The notes under the pieces are model-generated. The model was not told the origin of the DNA. It did no database searches and saw nothing but the letters and a program-made list of their open reading frames with translations. Position numbers and translations under genes: made by a program. 64,000 nucleotides of DNA from a virus: the IMG/VR virus record IMGVR_UViG_3300029489_000102. The stretch is one strand, 5' to 3'. Below, in pieces: positions 26,538-35,974 of the stretch; the stretch's first letter is position 1; the number at the start of each line of letters is the position of its first letter.

Positions 26538-28159
26538 TGGAGAGCAGACCGAAGAACTACCCAAAACTCAAAGACTACAAGCCCAGCCGCTTCATGCTGC
26601 CGACCTGTCACTACGATAAAGCCAAGGCCGACCGCGCCGTGCGCTTTATCGAAAACCTCCGACACACCAAAGGCAAGTGGGCGGGCAAGCGGTTCTGGCT
26701 GCTCCCTTGGCAGGAGCAGATCATCCGGGATGTTTTCGGTATTGTGGATGAGCGCGGAAACAGACAGTTCCGCACAGCTTATGTCGAAATCGGAAAGAAG
26801 AACGGCAAGTCGGAGCTGGCCGCTGCGGTGGCATTGTATCTGCTGTTTGCCGATAACGAGCCCTCCGCAGAAGTCTATGGCGCTGCCGCCGACCGGCAGC
26901 AGGCATCCATCGTCTTTGACGTTGCCAACCAGATGGTGCAGATGACGCCGGCACTCATGAAACGCTGCAAGATTATGGCGGCAACCAAACGCATTGTGAA
27001 TTACAGCAACGCCGGGTTCTATCAGGTGTTGTCAGCGGAAGTTGGCACGAAGCACGGCTTGAATGTGTCCGGTCTGGTGCTGGATGAGGTCCATGCCCAG
27101 CCCAACCGCAAGCTCTACGATGTCCTGACCAAAGGTTCCGGTGACGCCCGTGAACAGCCGCTGTTCTTCCTGATTACCACGGCCGGCACGGACAAGGAGA
27201 GTATCTGCTATGAGCTGCACATGAAAGCCCTTGACCTGCTGAACGGTCGGAAAATTGACCACACCTTTTACCCGGTGGTCTATGGTCTGACCGATGAGGA
27301 TGACTGGCACGATGAAGTCAACTGGTATAAGGCCAACCCCTCACTGGGACAGACCATCCAGATCCAGCGCGTCCGGGATGCTTACCAAGAGGCACTGGAC
27401 AACCCAGCAGAGGAGAATGTATTCAAGCAGCTCCGTCTGAATATGTGGGTGTCCTCTCTGACCCGATTTATCCCGGAACACATCTATGACCTCGGCAACC
27501 AGCCAATCGATATGGAAGCCCTCAAAGGCCGTGACTGTTACGGTGGACTGGACTTGTCCAGCACCGGTGACATCACGGCTTTTGTGCTGATGTTCCCGCC
27601 CAGAACCCCGGAGGAAAAGTACATCATGCTGCCGTTCTTCTGGATTCCGGAGGATACGATTCCCCAGCGTGTGCGCAGGGCATCTGTGCCCTATGACATT
27701 TGGTTCCAGCAGGGCTACCTGATGGCGACCGAGGGCAATGTCATCCATTACGGGTTCATAGAGAAGATCATTGAGGAACTTGGAAACACATACCACATTA
27801 GGGAAATCGCCTTCGACCGATGGGGAGCGGTGCAGATGACCCAGAACTTAGAGGGGATGGGATTCACGGTCGTGCCTTTCGGACAAGGGTTTAAGGATAT
27901 GAGCCCGCCCACCAAGGAGTTCTATAAGCTCCTGATGGAAGGACGTATCGTTCACAGCGGCAACCCCATCATGGCATGGATGGCCGGCAATGTGGTCGTG
28001 GACACTGATCCGGCCGGCAATATTAAGCCTACCAAGGCAAAGTCGCCGGAGAAAATCGACGGTATCGTCGCTGCGATCATGGCACTGGACCGCTGCATCC
28101 GAAATGAAGGACAGCAGCAGGGCAGCATCTACGATGAACGTGACATGATCGTTTTTTGA
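26534..28159 (+). CDS. terL: terminase large subunit
   Basis: Terminase_1-like ATPase (GKKNGKS Walker A, LVLDEVH) and nuclease C-domain. Overlaps terS by 4 nt. Confidence 0.9.
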   Translation: MMESRPKNYPKLKDYKPSRFMLPTCHYDKAKADRAVRFIENLRHTKGKWAGKRFWLLPWQEQIIRDVFGIVDERGNRQFRTAYVEIGKKNGKSELAAAVALYLLFADNEPSAEVYGAAADRQQASIVFDVANQMVQMTPALMKRCKIMAATKRIVNYSNAGFYQVLSAEVGTKHGLNVSGLVLDEVHAQPNRKLYDVLTKGSGDAREQPLFFLITTAGTDKESICYELHMKALDLLNGRKIDHTFYPVVYGLTDEDDWHDEVNWYKANPSLGQTIQIQRVRDAYQEALDNPAEENVFKQLRLNMWVSSLTRFIPEHIYDLGNQPIDMEALKGRDCYGGLDLSSTGDITAFVLMFPPRTPEEKYIMLPFFWIPEDTIPQRVRRASVPYDIWFQQGYLMATEGNVIHYGFIEKIIEELGNTYHIREIAFDRWGAVQMTQNLEGMGFTVVPFGQGFKDMSPPTKEFYKLLMEGRIVHSGNPIMAWMAGNVVVDTDPAGNIKPTKAKSPEKIDGIVAAIMALDRCIRNEGQQQGSIYDERDMIVF

Positions 28160-28185
28160 TACACAAAATCATGGAGGATAAGATT

Positions 28186-28401
28186 ATGAAGTATCTGATG
28201 AGTGCAGATTGGTGGCGCGCAGCAAGTATCCGCGCCGCAAAGACCATGTTCCAGACCGGTGCAGCACTGGTTGTGACCCAGATGCCCAGCGGCACGGTGG
28301 ACTGGATGGCGGTAGGCAGCGCAGCGATCGTGGCGGGCGTGGCCTCCCTCGGCACCAGTCTGGCCGGTCTGCCGGAGCTGGAGAAGGAGGATAACGCCTG
28401 A
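28186..28401 (+). CDS. phiLC3/Phage_holin_1-like small membrane protein (putative holin or holin-like)
   Basis: MKYLMSADWWRAASIRAAKTMFQTGAALVV...VDWMAVGSAAIVAGVASLGTSLAGLPE follows the phiLC3-family holin pattern. Located between terL and portal; lower GC. Confidence 0.45.
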   Translation: MKYLMSADWWRAASIRAAKTMFQTGAALVVTQMPSGTVDWMAVGSAAIVAGVASLGTSLAGLPELEKEDNA

Positions 28402-29801
28402 TGACATTCTGGGAATGGCTGGGTTTTGAAAACCCAAGAGACTCTCCCCAATCTGAAACCCCACCACCGAAAGAAGGTCTGCCCCAGGTTACGGATAATG
28501 TCCGTGATTCCGGGCAGACCTTTGTGTTTGGCAGATCCAATGCCGGGGAACAGGTGGATGAAAAGGCAGCCATGCAGATCCCGACCGTGTATGCCTGTGT
28601 CCGACTGCTGGCAGAGTCCATTGCGGCATTGCCGCTGCACTTGTACCGGGTAACGGACGAGAACGGCAACAAGGAAAAGGCAAGGGATCATCCGCTGTAC
28701 AAGATTCTGTACAGACAGCCTAACCCGGAAATGACGTCCTTTGTGTTCTGGGAGACCCTGATGACCCATCTGCTCCTGTGGGGCAATGCCTACGCACAGA
28801 TCGTCCGGGATGGCAAGAACACAGTGCTGGGTCTGTATCCGCTGCTGCCGGAAAACGTCGAAGTGGATCGCGATGAAAGCGGCGAGCTGTACTACATCTA
28901 CCACGCCTATACGGATGAAGTTCCGGGAGAGCAGAACAAGGATATCTACTTTCGCCGGGATGAGATATTCCATGTGCCGGGGTTGGGCTTCAATGGTCTG
29001 ATCGGTTTTTCACCGATCGCTATGATGAAGAACAGCCTCGGCACTTCCATTGCGGTGGACAAGTACGGCTCGGCGTTCTTCAAGAACGGCGCACAACCCA
29101 GCGGTGTGTTGGAACATCCCGGCGTCATGAAAGACCCGAACCGTGTCCGGGACAACTGGGAAGCAGCTTACGGCGGTGCGGCAAATGCGCATCGGGTGGC
29201 TGTTCTCGAAGAGGGCATGACCTACAAGCCTGTGTCGCTGCCGCCGGAGGACAGTCAGTTCCTTGAATCCAAGCAGTTCTCTGTGACGGAAATCTGCCGT
29301 ATCTTTCGTGTGCCGCCGCATCTGGTAGCGGATCTGTCCCATGCGACCTTCTCCAACATCGAATACCAGTCGCTGAACTTCGTGATGCATTCCCTGACTC
29401 CGTGGCTCGTCCGCATTGAGCAGGGCATTATCAAGGATCTGCTGCTGGAGGACGAGCAGGATACCTACTTTCCGAAGTTCAATGTGGACGGTCTGCTGCG
29501 CGGCGACTACCAGAGCCGGATGAACGGCTATGCCACCGGCATCAGCAACGGTTTTCTGTCTCCCAATGATATCCATCGTCTGGAAAACATGGATCTGATC
29601 CCGGCTGACCAGGGAGGTGACGACTACTACCTCAACGGTGGCTATGTGAAGTTGAAAGACGCAGGACTGGCGCAGCAGAACAAGGCTGCCGCTGCCCAGC
29701 AGAATCAGCCTCAGCAGACACAGCCGGAGGAAGAAAACCCTGACAGCGATAACCGGCAGAGTGAGAGTATGCCGAAGAAAAGTGAAAGGAGAAGTAGATG
29801 A
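28401..29801 (+). CDS. portal protein (HK97 family)
   Basis: Length, position and conserved HK97-portal motifs (VYACVRLLAE, LLWGNAY, SPIAMM). Confidence 0.9.
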   Translation: MTFWEWLGFENPRDSPQSETPPPKEGLPQVTDNVRDSGQTFVFGRSNAGEQVDEKAAMQIPTVYACVRLLAESIAALPLHLYRVTDENGNKEKARDHPLYKILYRQPNPEMTSFVFWETLMTHLLLWGNAYAQIVRDGKNTVLGLYPLLPENVEVDRDESGELYYIYHAYTDEVPGEQNKDIYFRRDEIFHVPGLGFNGLIGFSPIAMMKNSLGTSIAVDKYGSAFFKNGAQPSGVLEHPGVMKDPNRVRDNWEAAYGGAANAHRVAVLEEGMTYKPVSLPPEDSQFLESKQFSVTEICRIFRVPPHLVADLSHATFSNIEYQSLNFVMHSLTPWLVRIEQGIIKDLLLEDEQDTYFPKFNVDGLLRGDYQSRMNGYATGISNGFLSPNDIHRLENMDLIPADQGGDDYYLNGGYVKLKDAGLAQQNKAAAAQQNQPQQTQPEEENPDSDNRQSESMPKKSERRSR

Positions 29802-30649
29802 AAAAGTTCTGGAACTGGATCAAGGACAGTGACGAGACCAGAACTCTCCGGCTGGAAGGCCCCATCGACGAGGAATCTTTCTGGGGTGATGAAATTACAC
29901 CGCAGATGTTCCGGGATGAGCTGAATGCCGGTGAGGGTGATGTGACCGTCTGGATCAACAGCCCGGGCGGCAATGTGTTTGCTGCTGCCGAGATCTATAC
30001 CATGCTCAAGGACTACAAGGGCAGCATCACGGTCAAGATCGATGCGATTGCTGCATCTGCGGCGTCCGTTGTTGCCATGGCCGGAGATACCGTCCAGATG
30101 AGCCCGGTTGCTATGCTGATGATCCATGACCCCAGTACCGTTGCGATGGGGAACACCAAGGATATGGAGAAAGCTATCGAGGTGTTGAACGAGGTCAAGG
30201 AGAGCATCATCAACGCCTACGCATCCAAGAGTGGCCTGTCCCATGCCCGAATCGCAAACCTCATGTCCAACGAAACGTGGATGAATGCGAAGAAAGCCGT
30301 GGAATTGGGCTTTGCGGATGAAATCCTTTTCTCAAAGAAAGAGGATGAACCTGACAGTGACCCGGCGAACCCCGATAAGCCGGAGAAGACTCCCGATGAA
30401 GAACCGGGCGAGGGCGAAGAAAAGAAGCCGTTCCAACAGGATACGGCAGGGCACCTTTTCTCCAGCCGTCAGATGGATCTAATCGTCCTGAATCGTCTGG
30501 GAGTCAAGCCTGATACCCCTGCGGCTCAAACGGAGCCGCCCAGTGATCTCCCTGCGGAAGCCGGTCCTGTCCTTGACATGGACGGAAAGACGGAGGAAGG
30601 GGATTACTCCTATAACGTCCTGATGAAACAGCTGGAGTGCATGAAATGA
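29798..30649 (+). CDS. prohead maturation protease (ClpP/S14-like)
   Basis: TVWINSPGGNVFAAAEIY, AASAASVVAMAGD, MIHDPST: ClpP-like catalytic region. Confidence 0.85.
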   Translation: MKKFWNWIKDSDETRTLRLEGPIDEESFWGDEITPQMFRDELNAGEGDVTVWINSPGGNVFAAAEIYTMLKDYKGSITVKIDAIAASAASVVAMAGDTVQMSPVAMLMIHDPSTVAMGNTKDMEKAIEVLNEVKESIINAYASKSGLSHARIANLMSNETWMNAKKAVELGFADEILFSKKEDEPDSDPANPDKPEKTPDEEPGEGEEKKPFQQDTAGHLFSSRQMDLIVLNRLGVKPDTPAAQTEPPSDLPAEAGPVLDMDGKTEEGDYSYNVLMKQLECMK

Positions 30650-30703
30650 TGCGCCCCGGCTTTTTTCATGCCGAAAACACGAAATTCATGGAGGTACAAC
30701 ACT

Positions 30704-31909
30704 ATGAGTAAGATTCTGGAACTGCGCACCAAGCGCAATACCCTCTGGGAGCAGACCAAGGATTTCCTGGAAAAGAACCGCGGCGATAACGGTCTGGTCA
30801 AGGCCGAGGCTGTGGAGCAGTACAACAAGATGGCACAGGAGGTCAAGGACCTGGGTACTGAGATCGAGCGGCTGGAACAGCAGGCACAGATCGAGGCACA
30901 GCTGTCTGCGCCCACTTCCAACCCCGTCCATGCCGATCCTAAGAACGGTGCAAAGAAGGATGTAAAGCCGACTGCCACTGCCGAGTACGCCGAGAACTTC
31001 TGGAACATGATCCGCAACCGTGGTCACTACGGCGAGGTCCGCAACGCTCTGTCTGTGGGCGAGGATACCGAGGGCGGCTTTACCGTTCCCGATGAGTTCG
31101 AAAAGAAGCTGGTGGAGGCACTGGAGGAGAACAACATCTTCCGTGGCATGGCGACTGTCATCCGTACCAGCTCCGGCACCCGCAAGATTCCCATTGCAGA
31201 GGATACCGGCGAGGCAAGCTGGATCGATGAGGGCGAGGAGATCCCCGAAAGCGATGCGACCTTCGGTCAGACCATGCTGTCCGCTTACAAGCTGGGTACC
31301 ATGATCAAGATCTCCAACGAGCTGCTGAACGACTCCGCCTTTGACCTCGCCACCTATATTGCCCGCCGTTTCGGTGTGCGTATGGGCAATGCGGAGGAGC
31401 GCGCCTTCATCACCGGTGACGGTGTTGGTAAGCCTCTGGGTCTGCTGGCTGAGACCGGCGGCGCAAAGGTCGGTGTCAAGGCTGCCAAGCAGGATGCTGT
31501 CACCTTTGATGAGATCTTCAAGCTGTACTATGCGCTGAAGGCTCCTTACCGCAAGAAGGCGCAGTTCCTCTGCAATGAGGCACTGGTGCTGCAGCTGATG
31601 ACCATCAAGGACAACAACGGCAACTATATCTGGAAGCCGGGTCTGGAGATCGGCAAGCCCGATACTCTGCTGAACCGTCCTCTGAAGACCTCCGCCTTCA
31701 TGCCGGAGATCAAGGGCGGCAACAAGGTCATGGCCTTTGGTGACTACAGCTACTACTGGGTGGCTGACCGCCAGAACCGCACTTTCCGTCGCCTGAACGA
31801 GCTGTATGCCCGCACGGATCAGGTCGGCTTCCTGACCACTCAGCGTGTCGATGGCAAGCTGATCCTGCCCGAGTCCGTGCAGCTCCTCCAGATGGCTGCC
31901 GGCGGCTGA
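30704..31909 (+). CDS. major capsid protein (HK97 family)
   Basis: ATG after GGAGG. N-terminal coiled-coil delta-domain-like region followed by HK97-fold motifs (GEDTEGGFTVPDEF, ITGDGVGKPLGLL). Confidence 0.9.
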   Translation: MSKILELRTKRNTLWEQTKDFLEKNRGDNGLVKAEAVEQYNKMAQEVKDLGTEIERLEQQAQIEAQLSAPTSNPVHADPKNGAKKDVKPTATAEYAENFWNMIRNRGHYGEVRNALSVGEDTEGGFTVPDEFEKKLVEALEENNIFRGMATVIRTSSGTRKIPIAEDTGEASWIDEGEEIPESDATFGQTMLSAYKLGTMIKISNELLNDSAFDLATYIARRFGVRMGNAEERAFITGDGVGKPLGLLAETGGAKVGVKAAKQDAVTFDEIFKLYYALKAPYRKKAQFLCNEALVLQLMTIKDNNGNYIWKPGLEIGKPDTLLNRPLKTSAFMPEIKGGNKVMAFGDYSYYWVADRQNRTFRRLNELYARTDQVGFLTTQRVDGKLILPESVQLLQMAAGG

Positions 31910-31931
31910 TAAGAGAGGGGGATGACCGATC

Positions 31932-32270
31932 ATGGCACTGATCCCGCTTTTTGAAGCGAAGACCTATCTGCGCGTGGACAGCGGGGATGAAGATGCCCTG
32001 ATCGGTATCCTGCTTTCCTCGGCCGAGCAGATGTGCAAGGATGTGGGCCGGCTTTCAGATGACCAGTGGGAGGCAGTCAATGCCGCTGACCGGGATGCCG
32101 AGAACGGGGTCACACCGACGAGGGAGCAGGAAGCCCTCCGCAGCACTTGCCGTGTGGCAATTCTGTATGCACTGGGCTATTTGTACGAGCACCGGGACGA
32201 AGCGGACCATAAGCAGTTGATGCTGACGCTTCGTTCCATTCTGTTCGCTGTGAGGGAGGGGGTGTTCTGA
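31932..32270 (+). CDS. head-tail connector protein (gp6-like / DNA-packaging family)
   Basis: LFEAKTYLRVDSGDEDALIGILLSSAEQ pattern of Phage_connect_1. Confidence 0.75.
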   Translation: MALIPLFEAKTYLRVDSGDEDALIGILLSSAEQMCKDVGRLSDDQWEAVNAADRDAENGVTPTREQEALRSTCRVAILYALGYLYEHRDEADHKQLMLTLRSILFAVREGVF

Positions 32271-32602
32271 TGATCGATAAGCTGAACGAGAGGATCACGA
32301 TCCAGCAAAGTAAGCACATGACCGATAAGGTCGGAAATCATCGGAACGCATGGGTGGATTATTACACCTGCTTCGCCTACGCTTCGACCTTTGAGGCGCA
32401 GGAGGATGAAGGTGAAGTCACGGCCGAACAGAAAAGCGTTGTGTTCACAGTACGTTGGTGTAGCGAGGTCAATAAGCTGACCTCCACCGGTTTCCGGATC
32501 CTGTTCCGTGGGGAGCTTTACGACATCACGTCCGTGGACCCGATGAACTATGATAAAAAGACCATCAAGCTGCATTGTCGGCTGGAACGGAGGCAGAAAT
32601 GA
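32270..32602 (+). CDS. head closure / head-tail adaptor protein (SPP1 gp16-like)
   Basis: Size, position and pattern (ITIQ...VVFTVRW...YDITSVD). Confidence 0.7.
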   Translation: MIDKLNERITIQQSKHMTDKVGNHRNAWVDYYTCFAYASTFEAQEDEGEVTAEQKSVVFTVRWCSEVNKLTSTGFRILFRGELYDITSVDPMNYDKKTIKLHCRLERRQK

Positions 32603-32976
32603 GCAAGACCGTGAGTATCGACGGAATGGCAGAAGCCATCAACGAGGGCTTGCAGGAATATGCGAAGCTGGCATCCTCCGAGGTCAAACGAGCGGTTCGG
32701 AAATCGGCAAAGACGGTCAAGGAGGAAATCGAGGCCGGCGCGCCATCCCGGACCGGTCGGTATAAGTCGAGCTGGGTGGCGACCAAGCAGGAGGAATCCA
32801 GTCAGAGCCTTCAGATGGTCGTCCATTCCAAAGACCGATACCAGCTGACGCATCTTTTGGAAAAGGGCCACGCCAAGCGCGGCGGTGGGCGTGTGGCGGC
32901 AAGACCGCACATTGCTCCTGCCGAGCAGGAGGGGGTCGAGCTGCTCCAAAGCCTCATCGAGAAAGCACTGAAGTAG
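32599..32976 (+). CDS. HK97 gp10-family tail component
   Basis: ATGA overlap. ARPHIAPA motif and size. Ends with TAG used as a true stop. Confidence 0.65.
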   Translation: MSKTVSIDGMAEAINEGLQEYAKLASSEVKRAVRKSAKTVKEEIEAGAPSRTGRYKSSWVATKQEESSQSLQMVVHSKDRYQLTHLLEKGHAKRGGGRVAARPHIAPAEQEGVELLQSLIEKALK

Positions 32977-32985
32977 GAGGATGCC

Positions 32986-33303
32986 ATGACCCACGCAGAA
33001 GTCAAAGCGATGGTGGAAGAAATGGGGCTGCCCTATGCGTATGACCATTTTGCAGAAGGGGAAAGCCCTGATCCGCCATTCATCTGTTTTCTGTATCCGA
33101 AAGCCGCAAATTTTAGTGCGGACGGCATCGTGTACCACCACTTCAATCGGCTGGACATTGAGGTGTACACCGATTACAAAGATCCGGATACGGAGGCAGC
33201 AATCGAAGAAGTCCTGACCGCCCACGAGCTTTTCTATGAAAAGAGCGAGGCTTGGATCGAGACGGAAAAGATGTATGAAGTCCTGTATGAGTTGACCGTC
33301 TGA
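32986..33303 (+). CDS. hypothetical structural protein (tail-completion position)
   Basis: Gene-order inference only. Confidence 0.4.
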   Translation: MTHAEVKAMVEEMGLPYAYDHFAEGESPDPPFICFLYPKAANFSADGIVYHHFNRLDIEVYTDYKDPDTEAAIEEVLTAHELFYEKSEAWIETEKMYEVLYELTV

Positions 33304-33340
33304 GTCAGCCGCAGGGCTTTTTTCACGAGAGGAGAAAGCA

Positions 33341-33949
33341 ATGGGTAAGAAAAGCAACAAGGTCAAGTACGGCCTGAAAAACTGCCATTACGCCAAGGCA
33401 ACCTTTGACGAGGACGGCGGCGTTACCTACGATACCCCGGTACGCATCCCTGGTGCGGTCAGTCTGTCCCTGGATGCCAATGGTGATATTGAGCCGTTCT
33501 ATGCGGACAATATCGCCTACTATGTCGTGAATAACAACTCCGGCTATGAGGGTGATCTGGAAATCGCCCTGATTCCGGAGTCCTTCCTCACAGATATCAT
33601 GCACGAGGAACTGGATGGCAACGGCGTTCTGGCGGAAAACGCCAACGCAGAACTGGAGCATTTCGCGTTCCTGTTCGAGTTCGATGGCGACCAGCGGCAT
33701 ATCCGCCACGTTATGTACAACTGTGTGGCAAGCCGTCCGTCCATCGAAGGTGATACCAACGAGGACAGCAAGGAGGTCAAGACCGACACCCTGACCTTGC
33801 AGGCAACGCCGCTGGCAAACGGTTATGTCAAGGCCAAGACCGGCACCAACACCAGCGACGATGTCTACAACAAGTGGTACGAGAAGGTCTATGAGCCGCA
33901 GGCAGAGGCCTCCAGTGTGGTGACTGAGGAGACTGATCCTCAGGGCTGA
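33341..33949 (+). CDS. major tail protein (phi13/TP901-1-like)
   Basis: VKYGLKNCHYA...TYDTPVRIPGAVSLSL...FYADNIAYY...SGYEGDLEIALIPESF pattern. Confidence 0.8.
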   Translation: MGKKSNKVKYGLKNCHYAKATFDEDGGVTYDTPVRIPGAVSLSLDANGDIEPFYADNIAYYVVNNNSGYEGDLEIALIPESFLTDIMHEELDGNGVLAENANAELEHFAFLFEFDGDQRHIRHVMYNCVASRPSIEGDTNEDSKEVKTDTLTLQATPLANGYVKAKTGTNTSDDVYNKWYEKVYEPQAEASSVVTEETDPQG

Positions 33950-34008
33950 TAAACCGAGGCAGGGCTTCGGCTCTGCTTTCTACATTATTGTATAAGGAGA
34001 TTTTCAAT

Positions 34009-34842
34009 ATGAAAAAGCATCGTGTATTTTCCCTGTTCACTGTCATCTTCGTGGCCTTCCTGCTGTTCCAGTCGGTGACCATCGTGCCAACCGGCTACAC
34101 GGGCGTGAAGACCAGCTTCGGCCAGATTCAGGAGGCCACCATCCAGAGCGGCAAGCTCAACTTCACCATTCCGTTTGTCCAGAGCATCCATACCGTGTCC
34201 AACAAGCAGCAGGACAAGCACATCGAGGCACAGATCTGGGGCGAAGCCTCCGACAAGACTCCTGTGTATGCCGCAGATGTAATCGTGACCTATCAGGTGC
34301 TCCCGGAAAAGAGTGCATGGCTGTATGCCAATGTATCCGACACCAAGAATCTGGTCGGTGACGAGTTGGTGGCATCTGCCATCAAGTCCGCCATGGCCGA
34401 GCTTGGCCCCAATGAGGTCACCAACCGCACCAAGATCGAGCCGCTGGCACAGCAGAAGCTGGCAGAGTCCCTGAACCAGAAGTATGGCGAGGGTGCTGTG
34501 TTCATCAATAAGGTGGTCATCAACAACATGGATTTTGAAGAGGCGTATAACACTGCCATCCAGCAGAAGTCCATTGCCCAGCAAAACGCCGACAAGCAGA
34601 AGATCGAGAACGAAGCCGCCATTGCCAAGGCTGAGGCCGACAAGCAAGTGGCGATCACCAATGCCGAGGCGGAGGCACAGAAGACCTCCATTGCCGCAGA
34701 TGCTCAGGCTGAAGCCAACCGCAAGATTGCAGAAAGCCTGTCTGATACCCTGATCGAGTACCAGAAGATTCAGAAGTGGGATGGCAAGCTGCCCACCGTC
34801 AGCGGCAGCAATGCACTGGTCAGCATCGACCCGGCAGAGTAA
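34009..34842 (+). CDS. SPFH/band-7 (prohibitin/stomatin-like) membrane-anchored protein
   Basis: N-terminal TM segment (VFSLFTVIFVAFLLF), then TIVPTGYTGVKTSFGQI...LNFTIPFVQSIHTVS (SPFH core) and an Ala/Gln/Glu-rich coiled-coil C-terminus. Confidence 0.7.
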   Translation: MKKHRVFSLFTVIFVAFLLFQSVTIVPTGYTGVKTSFGQIQEATIQSGKLNFTIPFVQSIHTVSNKQQDKHIEAQIWGEASDKTPVYAADVIVTYQVLPEKSAWLYANVSDTKNLVGDELVASAIKSAMAELGPNEVTNRTKIEPLAQQKLAESLNQKYGEGAVFINKVVINNMDFEEAYNTAIQQKSIAQQNADKQKIENEAAIAKAEADKQVAITNAEAEAQKTSIAADAQAEANRKIAESLSDTLIEYQKIQKWDGKLPTVSGSNALVSIDPAE

Positions 34843-34909
34843 GCAAGTACACAAACCGAGGGCGGGGCGGAGACTCTGCCCTTTCTACATGAAATGGAGG
34901 ATAAAGACT

Positions 34910-35287
34910 ATGGCAGTTACAAAGAAAATCGAGATCGATGGTCAGATGGTGGAGTTCCGTGCCAGCGCAGCCGTGCCGAGGCTGTATCGCATTAAGTTCG
35001 GCCGGGATATCTACAAAGACCTGCGTTCTCTGGAAAAGAGCGTGGGGGATAACGATGAGGAAAGCTCCAGCCTTGACCTGTTTAGTCTGGAGATGTTCGA
35101 GAATATCGCCTATATTATGGCAAAGCACGCCCATCCTGATCAGGTGCCGGACACCCCGGATGAGTGGCTGGAAAACTTCAACACCTTCTCCATATACCAG
35201 ATTCTGCCCCAGCTCATCGAACTGTGGGGTCTGAACGTCCAGACGGAGGTGGAAGCAAGAAAAAACCTCGCAAAAGTGAGCGGGTAA
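34910..35287 (+). CDS. tail assembly chaperone (gpG-like)
   Basis: Position between major tail protein and tape-measure genes. Ends next to slippery heptamer AAAAAAC (35260-35266). Confidence 0.6.
   Translation: MAVTKKIEIDGQMVEFRASAAVPRLYRIKFGRDIYKDLRSLEKSVGDNDEESSSLDLFSLEMFENIAYIMAKHAHPDQVPDTPDEWLENFNTFSIYQILPQLIELWGLNVQTEVEARKNLAKVSG
35260..35266 (+). promoter_or_regulatory. programmed -1 ribosomal frameshift slippery heptamer A_AAA_AAC
   Basis: In zero frame AGA|AAA|AAC. A -1 shift reads KKPRKSERV... and continues into ORF 35164-35451. Confidence 0.55.
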
Positions 35288-35451
35288 TGACCACCCCACT
35301 CTTCATGCTGCGCTGTGTGCAGCTCGGTATCAGCATCGCCGACCTCGACTTGCTGACCATCGGGTTGGTCAATGACATGTTCACAGAGCGGCAGAACGAT
35401 GAGTATCCGTATCAGGAGCTGGCATCGCAGGCAGACTTTGACCGGTTCTGA
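35287..35451 (+). CDS. tail assembly chaperone -1 frame extension (gpT-like); probably expressed as a G-T fusion by -1 frameshift
   Basis: -1 frame remains open from the slippery site through 35451; ATG at 35287 overlaps the gpG stop. Confidence 0.45.
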   Translation: MTTPLFMLRCVQLGISIADLDLLTIGLVNDMFTERQNDEYPYQELASQADFDRF

Positions 35452-35505
35452 CCAAACTTTCGTGCTTATATTGATTGCAAAATAAGCACGAAAGTCTGCG
35501 AGGAT

Positions 35506-35540
35506 AAAGAAAAATCCCCCAGCCGTGCACAGCTGGGGGA
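35506..35540 (-). terminator. intrinsic terminator for the minus-strand TA operon (CCCCCAGC/GCTGGGGG stem + U-run on minus strand)
   Basis: Inverted repeat 35516-35539 followed on the minus strand by TTTTTCTTT. A second 13-bp perfect IR CTTTCGTGCTTAT/ATAAGCACGAAAG lies at 35457-35494. Confidence 0.55.
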
Positions 35541-35638
35541 GAAAGAAGGTGGCCCGGAGGTCATCTTCCCGGTCTCAGACCTCGCAAGGTTACCGAAACC
35601 TGATCACTATTGAATTATAGCTGATTGGGTGAAGATAG

Positions 35639-35974
35639 TCAACCGAGTATATCGTGTTTACGAACCCTCTTCTGGGCAAGTTCATAAACTTCTTCATCTG
35701 CACGAACTCCGATGACAATTATCATCATGGATGTTTCAGTACGACGAAGTTGGTAAACAATGCGCAGACCAGCGGAGCGAAGTTTGATTTTCATTAAACC
35801 TGCAAGACTGGTGCTGCTATGATTGCCGAGAGGTTTTCCGTAGCCATTCTCATCGACAGGAAGAGGATTCTGCTGAACTTTCTTGATTGCTTTTAGAACA
35901 AGATTGCGCTGACTTCCATCTAAACCTTTGAGGTCTTTTTCCGCTTCTGGGAGGTATTCGACTTTCCAACTCAT
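35639..35974 (-). CDS. relE: type II toxin RelE/ParE family
   Basis: MSWKVEYLPEAEKDLKGLD...IKLRSAGLRIVYQLRRTETSMMIIVIGVRADEEVY: canonical RelE/ParE pattern. 4-bp overlap with the upstream antitoxin. Confidence 0.8.
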   Translation of the reverse strand: MSWKVEYLPEAEKDLKGLDGSQRNLVLKAIKKVQQNPLPVDENGYGKPLGNHSSTSLAGLMKIKLRSAGLRIVYQLRRTETSMMIIVIGVRADEEVYELAQKRVRKHDILG

